Below, in pieces: positions 13,230-25,137 of a DNA stretch of 64,000 bases. The stretch is from Lophium mytilinum. Lineage: Eukaryota. The notes under the pieces were generated by a model. The model saw only the letters and a list, made by a program, of their open reading frames with translations. It was not told the DNA's origin and ran no database searches. Both the position numbers and the translations under genes were made by a program. Within the stretch, counting starts at the first letter, position 1. Each line of letters opens with the position of its first letter. The stretch lies in the NCBI GenBank assembly GCA_010093605.1, contig MU004199.1:124001-188000 (forward strand), written 5' to 3'.

Positions 13230-13946
13230 TAGACCGTGGGCGACGTGGACGCGCAGGAAGCCTGATACGCAGCTCACGCGTTCGCAGGCAGCGGCGGCGG
13301 TGGCACGGTTTTCGGAAGGGTGCCAATGCAAACTTCACCACCTTCGCCCCCGAAGCCGTCCTCAAGGCCTTCCACCCCAAGACAGCCGCCTTCACAGCCA
13401 TCAAGAACGACCACAAGGAAGCTATCCGCCGGCTCGCGTGGCCGCGCGAGACCAACATCGACCTCGGCATTCTCCAGTGCAAGCCTATTCGCGCAGATGG
13501 CGACGAGGAACTCTACGCTTCCCCGCGACGACATGGTGCAAGCCATGGGTGCATTCTGCGCGTCGACCGCGCACGCGGGCGTGAACCCAGGACTCGTCGA
13601 AGGCGTATATAGCGGGCAGATTGTGTCGGCCACCCGGGATACGGACGCCGCGGCGAGTTGCCCACCACTCGATGTCACTGCTGGTGGGTTCGTTGATATG
13701 TGCAAGGCAAGATTGATCAACGCCATTGATGGGTGTAAGTGCTTTCCCCTTCTTTTGGATTTGACACGTTTCCCCTGGAGAGGCTGACGAATGTTGTGTG
13801 ACGTTGTAGGCGACGTTGGGAAGCGCTCGAGCGAGCTGTGGAAACAGAGCGGCGCCTTCTATCGCGACTGTGTTACGTGGTATATTGGCAGGCAACCGTA
13901 TGTTAGGCAGCTTAGCGTCAGTGCGGCCAACTCGACTGGCGTATGA
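13230..13946 (+). pseudogene. Frameshifted remnant of a Cys-containing, probably secreted fungal protein
   Basis: Coding-like frame ..NIDLGILQCKPIRADGDEELYAS joins RDDMVQAMGAFC..MCKARLINAIDG only if one C is removed from the CCCC run at 13521-13524. A GT-AG intron then leads to DVGKRSSELWKQSGAFYRDCVTWYI..*. No intact start found; 5' boundary approximate. Confidence 0.5.
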
Positions 13947-14620
13947 AGAAGTGTGTTATACCATTAGAATAATAATAAGCCGGGCGCTAAGGAGTAAATT
14001 AATTAAACCCTTTGGATTCTTAGACTACAGGACAGAAGCTAACTTAACTGGCTGAAGAAGCTGAGAGGTAATAGGGCAGTCCGCTCTCGCAACGGGCGGG
14101 GATTGCACCACGCATCTCTATGCAGAGAAAGGGTGATTTCCGGGAGTTTCTTAACCGGGATCGCCCACACCCTTTATGGGAGCAGCCCCGCTCTGCTTAA
14201 ATTGAGACATATGCGATAGCACAAGGCCGAAGTTGGCCTGTACATAACAAGCAAATGCTTCTGAAGATTGCTAGACGCAAAGCTAAGGTTTGGCTGACAC
14301 CTTCTAATTGTGGCTGATGACCTGCAAGAAGATTCTGTTGCCCCGAGGCTATACCTTGGATGATCTAGACGTACTCGTCACTTCGTGCCACTATACCAGC
14401 AAGTCAAAAGTCATTAAAACAAATGTATATGATTTTTCATTGAGGTCTGATGAAAGGATGATATGAAGTCTGTGGAAATTTGTGCAGGCTGGTAAAAATG
14501 GGTATATTGTAGGGTAGTTAGCTTGGGAAAGACGCTCATCTGAGACATTCAGGAAGGAAACAAGTCTCGTAGCCCAACGAGAGGGATGGTAGCAAAAGGG
14601 GGCATCGTGGCTATGAGTGT

Positions 14621-15797
14621 TCATCCGTGTCCCATCGGTCGGTGAATTGGTAGCTCAGCGACATCCTGCCACCCCTTCCCAAGCACTTCAGTAACTTGAT
14701 GGTCGGTCCAGTACCAAACATTCTTTTGGAGATCCTTGTTCTCTGACAACAAGCTGGGCTTGCTTTCTGCGGCTATCGGAACGAAGTACTTGCCCTTGAT
14801 ATCCTTCACCTCGACGTCTTTGCTTGTTGCAAGGAACAAAGCGGAAGCGGCGCCATCCTCTACGGTTTGTCCTGCGGCTCTGACTGCTGATTTGAAGGCC
14901 GAGCCGATGAAGTTGCCAAGGAACAGCTTCCAGGTCTCATATGCATCAGTCGATATGTTCCCTGGGAAGAAGCTATTCACGTAGACGTTGGACACGCCCT
15001 TCTTCTGAAGCCGCTTCGCCAGTTCTCGCGTAAACATGAGAACGGCGAGCTTGGCTCGCGCATAACGCCATGCACTGTCGAGTAATACGAGCGATTTCGT
15101 TGGCTTCGGCGACTTTAGCAGCGTGAGATCGAGCTCTAGGCAAGCCATATGAAGAGAGGAATTGGAATCGACAATTCGCGCACCGCCAAAGGTCGCCGCC
15201 GTCCTCTCGATCAACGGTAGGAGGATGTTAGTAAGGACAAAATGGCCGACATGAATGATCGCAAACACAGACTCGATGCCATCTGGAGACAAGGAGTAAT
15301 CTGGGGTCGCCAAAGTAGCTGGTACCTGACGCGTCAGCCGCATCCACAGCACCCGCCCCCGGTATCCAGATCATGAGCATAACATTCGACTTACCAGCAT
15401 TGTTGAAGAGGATGTCCAATCGATCGAGTTTGCTGAGAAGCTCATTCGATGCTCTTGCGACGTCCTTGACGCTACCAAGGTCGCAAGGTACGAACTCGGT
15501 TCTTCTTTCAACGTCGCTCCGCTTCAGGCCTTTCTGGTTCACCCATTCGGAGATTGCGTCTTGGTATTTCGAGGCGCTGCGCGCGAGGATGTATACCTTG
15601 GAGATGCCATGGAGTAGTAGCTGTGCGGTGATTTCGCGGCCGATGCCTGATTGGCCACCTGTGATGACGGCAACCTTGCCCGACAGATCAGGGGTGTCCG
15701 CAAGCTTGAAGTTGTGGTGAGTGGTAAGGCCCCCTGCGCTTAGCAGAGTCAAAGGATTGTAGGATGGGAGAGTCGACACGGGATTGTAGAGCTTCAT
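14621..15797 (-). CDS. Short-chain dehydrogenase/reductase, 2 exons
   Basis: DLSGKVAVITGGQSGIG, LDILFNNAG, intron, DGIESVFAIIHVGHFVLT, YARAK. Confidence 0.92.
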
Positions 15798-17563
15798 GGT
15801 GTTGAGTCAGGTGAGCTGGAGGGCTCAACAGCGACCCCGAAATTCGATGCCGAACAGTTGTACAACTGGCGTGCCCCAGATCACGCAGAGAAGATGACTG
15901 CGGGCTTACTTCGTGGAGATGGAGTCGAACTGGGTGATCATCATGACGGATGCGATTCCAGAATGACATCAAGCACTCTATCGTGATCACGTGTCGCACG
16001 TGACAGTGGCTCTAGACCTTTCACAATTATGGCGCACACGGCTCCCCTCGGACTATGCAAGCTGCAGGCCTTGTGCATGACTTGCACTTGCACACTCGAG
16101 ACCCTGACGCTGCTCGGGACAGCCGACTCGAAGCATGACTCGGCGCTGTTTTCACTGGAGCCCACGTGCACCCCCACCGGAAAAAGAGGAACCACAGCAC
16201 AGCAGTCCACAGAAGGGTGGGACTGGAAAAGAAAGTTTGCAAAGTCGGCAGCGTTCCTGCGTCCCGTTGGTCGACACGGAGCCAGTGACAAGCTACTACG
16301 GGCCGGATTCCCCATGCACCTTGCCCCTGGGCCTCGCTGGCGGTCTTTTTGAGCGCAAAGTGCAAGTCCAGCCTTCCCACTCGCTGCGACGGCAAATGAC
16401 TTATGGGTCGCGCCCGCTGTCACTGGTTGCTAGCAGCCCTAAGTCACCGGCAAACGGGACACTTTCCACATGGCCGAGATGTGCCGCACGGCGCAGGAAC
16501 AGGCGCCGCCGGGAGTGCTCCACGCCTCACTCGTCGACGCTTCGGCACGTCGAGCGGACTGTCGCCTGTCATCATGTCGACGACCTTCCGTCTTCGCCGG
16601 CCGCCTTGGAGTCCAACGGAGCGATACGGAGCTGCCAACTACCCAGCATGCCAGTGTGCCAGCATGCCGACTCTCCAGGGCCGTTCCAAGGTTCTTTCCA
16701 GCCACAAGACAGTGAGTCGTGACAACACACACCGCAGCCAGCCCGGACAGCCAGCCCGGAGGCAGGTTTTGACTGCGTGAGATGCACGCGGTGCCAATCA
16801 GAGGACCTCGTAAGCCTAATTTCTGAGACTCAACGCTGACGACTGCATGCGGGCCTGGCGTCTTTGGCGGCACAGCAATGGCGAGCGTCTTGTGCTGCGA
16901 CTGTGGCAGAGTCCGGCGGGCACTGCAGCGTGTGTGTTTCGAGAGAACTCTTTTGCGTCCCGCGTGAAAGGTTTGGCGTTAGGAGGGTCTCGCGGAGAGA
17001 CTGGCGAAGAGCCTGGCGAAGGATCTGCCGTCGAAGTGAAAACTCTTTCTCCCGGCCATGTGGCCAGCTAACAAGATCTTTGGTAGGCACTACAGTAACC
17101 CGAACCAGAGCGGTCTTCGGCGATGAGGTGGATCAGGGACGAGTCAACTCGCATTGGCTCCTCGGGCTATAGCACGACTCCTGTTGGCTCAGCCCGTCGC
17201 CCGCCCCTCCGCGCAACAGCTTTGGAGGCTGGAGGCCACCCCTGATGCCAGCACGCGTGCTGCCACTATAGCGCCGATTCGTCCCCTTCTCGGAACAGTT
17301 CCTGAGCGTGGCGCCTGCTGGGTGGTGTGCCGCCGTCGTGCTGGGTCAGCCCGAGAGCGCCCGTTTAAAGATCTTCCCACCCCCCGTCCCCAGTCCTGCA
17401 CCCTACACTCTTTCCAAGCTGGGACTTGACAAACACTCTCTTTTTGCTTCAAGCTTCACTCTCTTAGCTTCAGCATACAGTCCTTCAACGTAACATCATT
17501 ATCAACTCTCACGCTTCTATATACCAACTTTCTACCGTACACCTTTCCACCGCACATATCAAC

Positions 17564-18154
17564 ATGCAGTTCCTCACTGTCGCCGCCGCCGCGCTCTTCG
17601 CCGCATCCAGTGTCGCAGCCTCCTCAGGTGGTGCCGCATACGTCTACAACAAGTGCTCCGCGCCCGTCAACCTCTGGTCTGTCTCAGCCGACAGTGTAGG
17701 CTCCATGGTCACCATCAAGCCCGGTGGCACCTACAGTGAAGCCTACAAGACGCCTTCCGTCGGAGGCGTATCCCTCAAGCTGACCTTCAACGACACTTGC
17801 GACGGCGCCCCTATCTCCCAGCTCGAGTACACCAAGGACCCGTCCATGGGCCTCATCTTTGGCGACATGTCTAACGTCAACTGCGGAACATCTGAGTGCC
17901 CCTTCAAGACCTCCGGCTGGTATCTGGACATGGGCAGCGCCTCCTGCCCTACCCGCAGCTGCGCGCCCAACGCTGCCAGCTGCACCGGCGCATACATCGC
18001 CTACAACGACGACGTCAACACCATCTCGTGCGCTATCACGTCCGATATCCACCTCTACCTCTGCACCGACAACGCGCCCTCCAAGCGCGCTGTTCTCGAG
18101 CATGCTCCCCACCGCCACGCGCATCACATCCGCCACCCGCACGTGCGGAGGTAG
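17564..18154 (+). CDS. Bys1-family secreted Cys-rich protein
   Basis: Signal peptide MQFLTVAAAALFAASSVAA; AYVYNKC..VNLWSV, GGVSLK, QLEYT, DMSNV, DIHLYLC motifs resemble Bys1. Confidence 0.8.
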   Translation: MQFLTVAAAALFAASSVAASSGGAAYVYNKCSAPVNLWSVSADSVGSMVTIKPGGTYSEAYKTPSVGGVSLKLTFNDTCDGAPISQLEYTKDPSMGLIFGDMSNVNCGTSECPFKTSGWYLDMGSASCPTRSCAPNAASCTGAYIAYNDDVNTISCAITSDIHLYLCTDNAPSKRAVLEHAPHRHAHHIRHPHVRR

Positions 18155-21100
18155 ATGTAGCCGTGGCTACCACTTTTACTTCTGGGCACCCTACTTCGAC
18201 TCATTTCGCCCTTTCTTCGCTTCTACACATACCCCTTTTGGGAAGACTTTTGATGGCCCCCCTGGCCGGGTGTTGGAGGGCAACAACGGTGTTCTAGAGA
18301 ACAAAACTCAAAGCTCGCTCAAACAGGGGTTTCCGGAGTCAGCAACACACGTTTATATTCCATTCATATCTTCTCCGCGACGCAGCCTGTCAAGCCGTCG
18401 ATCTGCATTTTAACGCGCTTCGCAAAGATATTAAACCTGTCAATCTAGAGGAAAATGGGATTTGGATTTTGATGATGACCCCCTTGTTTTCGGAAACTGG
18501 ATTTGGATCGATGCGACCGGGCTTTCACGAATGTCATGATATACTGTTATACCTCCGTACTCTCGTTTTCAGGCTTTTTTGAAACGATGGCTGTACACTC
18601 TTCTTCTTTTGATGCGTTGCACGGGGTCGATCGCGATGCCAGGCTTGGTGGCTAGCATGATCGCATGCTTTAGATTCCAATTTGATTGCTCATACATACA
18701 GTCCACCTCACGTTCCCTGCCATTGCGTGAAATTAACACCTACGCGTCGTGTCGTGACTCTCTAGTGCGACCCCCGTGGCGTGCTGCTGTCGTCCCCTAT
18801 CTGCGCCCGGACGCTGTGCCGTGGGGTGTCTGTGGTGGGGCAGGGTGGGTGGGTGGTGTGTGGGTGGGAGGTTGTGTCGTCGTCGTCGTCACCCCGTTTC
18901 GAAACCCGAAGCCCGGTCGCAGACTTAAGAAATACACAAGCTCTCATCCTACCATTCCTTCGCGCCCGCACACCACTTCAATCCATCCTTCCCGCTTCCT
19001 AAACACTCCAACCCCGATCCCTTCTTCTGGGTGTTTTGCACCCTGAATCCCAGCCCTACCTACGAGCCGCGCGCGTCTTGAGTCTCGCTAGTCGATCGCG
19101 CAAATCCTTCCTTCGCGATCGTCGCGGCGGGCGGGTGGCTGGGTGGGCGGGTGAGTGGCATGATGGGTGGACATGGCTACAAGCATATCAAGCAAATCTA
19201 GCAAATCTGTCTATCTTGATCTTTTCTGGCATTCTTGAACGCTCGTCTATCTTGCGCATCGCAGTTCCCTTTGATGCCAGTTTTGCGACGGCGGCAGATC
19301 TCAGCGGGCGCATCCTCGCCGCAGCCACCCGTCCGGCCCGCTGCCACCACACCACCCCGCGGATCTCGTATTCATTCTGCTGACCATGCAACGATTTGCG
19401 GATGGGGGAAGAGGCCGCAGAGACGGTCGTTGGTTAGGCTAAGTCTTTCTGATCGGCTATTCATATCTATTGCCTCTACGACAGCCCTTGTCGTAGCAGT
19501 TTCTGTTGCGATCGTATCCTTCGTTGTAGCTTGGGTAGTTCCAAGCCCTCACGCGGAGCATGAAAAAGGCGGCACTCATACTGATTCCTGAAGCCGGGGA
19601 TGGATGAGGACGCATGTATGCCACTGCCTAGGCCATCTCAATATCACTTGAGAAATCAAAACTGGATGAAAGCTGTTCTCTTTTCTCATGCTTCGCATGG
19701 CCCTGGAGGTTCACGTCCGTTGATCGAGCTTAAAACACAACTTTCTACTGACAGTAGCCCTGACAAGCACAAGTAAGATTAGCTTCGGATCCGTGTTGCA
19801 TAGCAAGTGTCATTGTATCTTGAAGCCTGTGGTCTTCCTATGGAAGAGTTGAGTGAGAGTCACGTGACAATGGCTCTAGTAGGGCTGTATGTTCTGGTGA
19901 TTTCATTTTACCAGTCTCTTTCCCAGTCATTGAATCCGTAATCAATTTGGAAGGCTTCATTCTCTGCGGTTTATAGCCATGATCTTTCAGAGAGCCTTAA
20001 GATTTGTTCTGCCTCAGTGATCCATCCGGCGATTTTGCTTGTAGCACTCTCTTACAACATTTTGTTACCTTTGTCATCTTGGAACTCTCTGTACTTGAAT
20101 TCTCTTCTGCGTTCCCTTCGACGCATTTTCGCTCCGAATCATTCATAGTGATAAACATACGCAGAAAAGGGTACGACCGACTGTATTGAATGAGATTACA
20201 CGAACGTCCACCTTGGCATGCTAGAAGGTCCCCTAAACCCGTCATCGTAACGGTGGGCCCGGATCCGAGTTATAAGGTCCGGATTCGAGTTGTCAGGCGC
20301 CGACGGGCCCCACACATTTGGTTGATGGGCGTGACCTGATACGCTCGAACACGTAAGGTTAGGATAGCGTGCCAAGGTGAGCGTAAGGTTGTGTGCGGAA
20401 AAGGGTAACACTAACGCGGGGAATGGTACTACCCAGGATACGACTAATCCCAAATATTTCAACTGATATAGAATGACCTGAACTAAGCGAGAAGGAAAAG
20501 AGGACGCTGTAGTCCGCCAATTCGGACTTGGAATTTAACATTTTCAGAGCCTCAGTCCGTACTGAACGCTTACGGTGGGAATTCCTTTACAGTCTACCGC
20601 AAGACGAGTTATCTATTACTCGCAAACTGGCGCCGCGCCTATTGGTAATCGGATGATTCTGGTCCTCTACACTCCCACTTCCCCAACTTGTACGCTCACC
20701 GGATCTTTTTCCCATACCTCGTGCATCATCTCACGCCAGCACCACCGCACCGCCGTCCTACCTGTCTTAAGAAATTCGCATCAATTGCACGGAACCCACG
20801 TTAGCATGCCGACTCACTAATCTCGAGTTGTTCAGTGGACGACGATTGACACACACATCCTCATCGAACAAATCACCATTGGGAAGCAAACCCAGAACAC
20901 CATTATCAACTTCCCGAAACGTCCATGTGCTACCTCTCCTTGGAATGTCATTCTAGAATGCCAATGTGGATCACCCCATATTTCTGACCACTTCCCTACT
21001 CCCGCATCCCTAAGTATGTATGGGCGGATCCGTGATCATTGTGGACAAACCGACGGGACCCGACTACTGTAAACGGGTCGTCTGCTCAAGCCGTCAGCTT

Positions 21101-21201
21101 GGTATGTCAAACGCCTCAAGATATATAAAGTCCCCAAATCACTAAATGCAGAACCAGAAAGCATCTTCTCTCCCAGCTCTACCGAACACAAATCCGCAAT
21201 C

Positions 21202-21898
21202 ATGCTCCCCACCTCACGGTTTCTAGCATTGCTCTTGGGCGTCCTCGCCTTCGTATTCTCCACCACCTACGCCGCAGCTGTGCCCAACGCCTCACGTTCT
21301 GATCCGGAGCATGGAGGCCATCTTGTCCGCGTGCCGATGGACGGCGAAGACGAGATCGCGTACGGTACACCCCCTTCTTCTCTCCTTCCCATTCCCTTAT
21401 CCTTCGCATCAATCATACTCTTCTCTCCTTTCCACCCTTCTCTCCTTCCCATTATTCCCTCGTTCTCTTTTCTCTCACCTCGCCTCGACTCCATCCCACC
21501 GATCCTCCTCCTCCCCCATACTCACTCCATCTAGCAACACCACCACTTTAGAGAGCCGCATCAGCTCCCTCCACGGCTACATTTGGAAGACGGAATGCAC
21601 GGGCGACTACTTCATCTGGAGAGACGTCACGACGGGGTGTATTACATACCAAAGCAACGGTCACCAGGAGAGAATGTATAGTCTATGTACGCCCCCTTTG
21701 CATTCTGCTATACTTCTCCCTATACAGGGCTAATATTTCTCGGTTGGTTACGTAGATCTTGAGAGAGGGTGTGCAGTGAAGTTCTTCGAGAAGCTGAACT
21801 GCGGCTCGGACAGTGATGCGATCGCACATCTCAACTGGAACACGGCGGGGTGTTTTGGGTGGGATTTGGGGTTTATGAGCTTTTATGCGAATTGTTGA
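21202..21898 (+). CDS. Small secreted 6-Cys protein, paralog 1 (candidate effector), 3 exons
   Basis: Signal peptide, then GHLVRVPMDGEDEIA / NTTTLESR ISSLHGYIWKTECTGDYFIWRDVTTGCITYQSNGHQERMYSLY / LERGCAVKFFEKLNCG..NWNTAGCFGWDLGFMSFYANC*. TATATAAAG near 21122. Confidence 0.85.
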
Positions 21899-23117
21899 GG
21901 GCGCAACACTATAGGTTCCCCCATGGGTGGAAGTTTTTAGGTTACGAGTGTGTCAAGTGGCTGTGGCATCCATCTGAAGGGCTTGAGCACTCTGGACTTT
22001 CCTTTCTATTTGCTTTTCTCATCTTTCGAGTTTCCCGAGTACGAAACGATCCACTCAAATCCTGTTGGTCGCTCATTCTTTTCTTGCTCTATGCTTGTTT
22101 CCACTTTACCCAGGCGATCCTTCAACGATTCCTCTTCAATATCCTCTATCCGCATCTGACAGTCATTTCTGATCTCCCCCTTTTATTTCTGTCACATCTC
22201 TCAAGGTCGCAGGTTAAGAACAACCTTCTAGAAAGATACGGTACTTTGATATTTCCAGCTTGGCTCTAGCCTCGCTCTTGAACCGTCTGTCTCTTCTGCC
22301 GCCGTTCACGATTCTAGACAGAAGTGAATACAATCTAGCATTATCGAAACCGTGAAGAGCATATACGTCTTACAGTACTCCGAAAATCTAAAATAAATTA
22401 CTTCCCCAGGAATCGACCCCGAATACTGATCTGCAGATTCCCAACCTCTAATGCTCTCGCGGATGCCGACTGCCCCAGGTCCGCCGCTAAGACAGTTTGC
22501 TAGTCTAAACATTCAGAAGCACGATAAAAGAGGGGAAGCGATATAGGAAATTTGGGTAGAATCGCTATCCACGATCATACAGTCTTATCTTCCAGCTTAA
22601 AATAAACCAACGCCTTCCTCTTTCCACGATTTACCGGCAGTCGCACTCTCTAAACCACGATAGTATCATAAAGCCAACTCTTTAGAGTTTCGCGATGCTA
22701 CACAAAAAGCGCGTTAGTCCTCCGATTACTAAGTTCGTATTAGCGAACCGGAAGCCCGAGTAGGGCGAGTACAGATCGCAAAGCGGTCTGCGCAAGTCCC
22801 AAACAGTGGTAAATCGTTCTCCACTAGCGACCGCGAGGCCACCGACCCGCACGTTCTCAGCACGTGGACCAACTATTCGCGAGCATAGTCATGAAGAAGG
22901 CTGGAGACGCCGCTACCACCTTCCTGAAATATATCGAAGAACCGCACTGACCTAATGCTGACCACGTATGTCCCCACATCTCCACACTGCGAAAGAATGG
23001 TTCGGTCACGCCGTAAGCCCAGGTCATCCTCCAACGTCTACAATTATATAAAGCCCCTAGACCGCGTAGAAACAAAAAGACTCACCTCTCCTGACTTCAC
23101 TAGACACCCCAGCAATT

Positions 23118-23815
23118 ATGCATTCCATTTCCCGTCTCCTCCCCCTCCTCCTAGCCATCCTCCATTCTCACCTCACCACCAACGCCGCCGCGCTCCCCGA
23201 AGGCGAGGGCCATCTCGTCCGCGTGTCAATGGATGGTGAAGATGAGATAGCGTATGCCATTCTCTTTCCATCCCCTTTCCATCCCCCTTCCCGCCACTCG
23301 CCTCAGTCTATCCCTATCACCTCGTTCATATCGCAATCCACCTAACACCAGCATCAGGAACACCACGAACATCGAAGCCCGCAGCACTAATATCCACGGC
23401 TACCAGTGGCAGCGCGATTGCACGGGCGACTACTACATCTGGACGGGCGTATCCTCGGGATGCTATACGTACGCATTCCATCTTCCAATCCTGAGTTCCC
23501 TAGCTCCCCCAATCCCTCGAGACACTTGAAGTCCCCCTTTCTTCCCCAACCCCCGAATCCCAGTCTCAGACACCTCGTCCGAACCCCCAACTACCTACCC
23601 ACCCATCTTACCCCGCTAATACGTACAGCTACTGGACCAACGGCGTGCAGGACCGGATGTACAGCATCTACCTCGAGGGGGGCTGTGTGGTGCACTTCTT
23701 CAACAAGAATAACTGTGGAGACGGGGATGACTGGATTGATAGTATCAACTGGGATAAGGGAGGGTGTCGGGGGGCGTTGAGTGGAGGGTTTATGAGTTTT
23801 CATGCGAGCTGTTAG
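23118..23815 (+). CDS. Small secreted 6-Cys protein, paralog 2 (candidate effector), 3 exons
   Basis: MHSISRLLPLLLAIL..GHLVRVSMDGEDEIA / IRNTTNIEAR STNIHGYQWQRDCTGDYYIWTGVSSGCYT / YWTNGVQDRMYSIYLEGGCVVHFFNKNNCG..NWDKGGCRGALSGGFMSFHASC*. Confidence 0.87.
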
Positions 23816-24304
23816 GGAGGGAGTGAGAGGGAGAGCGAATTAAAAGGACTGGGAGTGTGCTGTTGTAAGGGAGGAAGACAAGAGAGCAAGAATGAAGGCG
23901 CGGGAACTAAAGGAACTAAAAGAGTGCGTCGGGAGATATTCCACAATACTCCAGGTACAATAGTAAGTTCGTATTAGTGGCCGGAAGACCGAGTAGAGCG
24001 AGTATAGATCGTAGAGCGGTCCGCGCAAGATGTGAATAGTGGATAGCGAGACTATTTATGAGGAACTCTCGGGACTCCGCTATACAGGTACCGCTTTCCC
24101 GAAGTACGGTTTTAGACCTCTGCTAATGCTGACCACGTCCCCACATCCCTATATCTCAAACGCGAGCCTTAAAATAACTCTGCTGTAGCTCAAGCGACCC
24201 AACGCCAATATCTCTCGAATACAAAGCCCGCAACGCACCCCTAAACGTAAAATCAGAAAAAACGTACCTCGTCTACTCTACTACAAACCGCCCCGCCAGC
24301 AACC

Positions 24305-24922
24305 ATGCTCTCCACCTCCCGTCTCCTCCCCCTCCCCCTCCCCCTCCCCCTCCCCCTCCTCGCCATCACCACCGCCGCCGCACCCCCCTTAGCCGCTGGC
24401 CATCTCGTGCGCGTACCGCTAGACAGCAACGTCGAGCCAGCGTAAGCGTCCCGAACGACTCTCGTGCTCACACTCTAACCCCACAACCCACAACCCTCAG
24501 CACGGCGACGCCCATCATGCTCGCAGCCCGCAGCCCCATCACCATCCACGGCTATCCCTCCCCCCGTGACTGCACGGGCGACTACTATATCTGGAAGGAT
24601 GTGAGCGCGGGGTGCTACACGTATGTTTGCCCCCTTTCCTCCGTCTCCCCCCCTCACCTCTCTCTTTCTCTCTTTCTCTCTTTTAGGTCCGAGCCACCAA
24701 CGCGCCCCCCGCCCACCCTCACCGCCCGATAACGCGCACAGCTACTGGGCCGACGGCGTGCAAGAGCGCTTGCACAGCGTTTACCTCGAGGGGGCGTGCG
24801 AAGTGGTGTTCTTCGAGTCGCTGGACTGTGGCGGGGATATGCTGTACGGCACCGTGTTCCCGGGCGGGAGCTGCCAGGGGGAGGTTAGAGGGGAGTTTAT
24901 GAGTTTTAGGACGGATTGTTGA
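24305..24922 (+). CDS. Small secreted 6-Cys protein, paralog 3 (candidate effector), 3 exons
   Basis: MLSTSRLLPLPLPLPLPLLAITTAAA..GHLVRVPLDSNVEPA / TATPIMLAAR SPITIHGYPSPRDCTGDYYIWKDVSAGCYT / YWADGVQERLHSVYLEGACEVVFFESLDCG..GSCQGEVRGEFMSFRTDC*. Confidence 0.83.
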
Positions 24923-25137
24923 GGGGATATGAAGCGGGAGCGAGGAGCTCGTCTTCGGGGAGGAGAAGAGCAGACAAGAATAGAGGAGAGAGAGTTTCCC
25001 TTGCAAAGAACACAGCGAACGCAGCAGGAAACCAGCCGAGCAATAGTTCACACAGCCCTCATTCGACAACTACTCTACCTACCGCTCTCCAAACCCCAAC
25101 CAAAAAGCCCCGTCCCCAACCCCCCTCAGCCCTCTCC

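Noticed and set aside
1..15797. Secondary-metabolite cluster (MFS, SDRs, AKR)
   Set aside because: No backbone synthase in the window and the genes are interleaved with FKBP12 and HIS2; a cluster could lie beyond the left edge.
15941..17493. Overlapping ORFs upstream of Bys1
   Set aside because: No coding signature; best read as the shared divergent promoter region.
21960..22170. Minus-strand coiled-coil-like frame broken by TGA stops
   Set aside because: Purine-rich composition alone can produce this; no family evidence.
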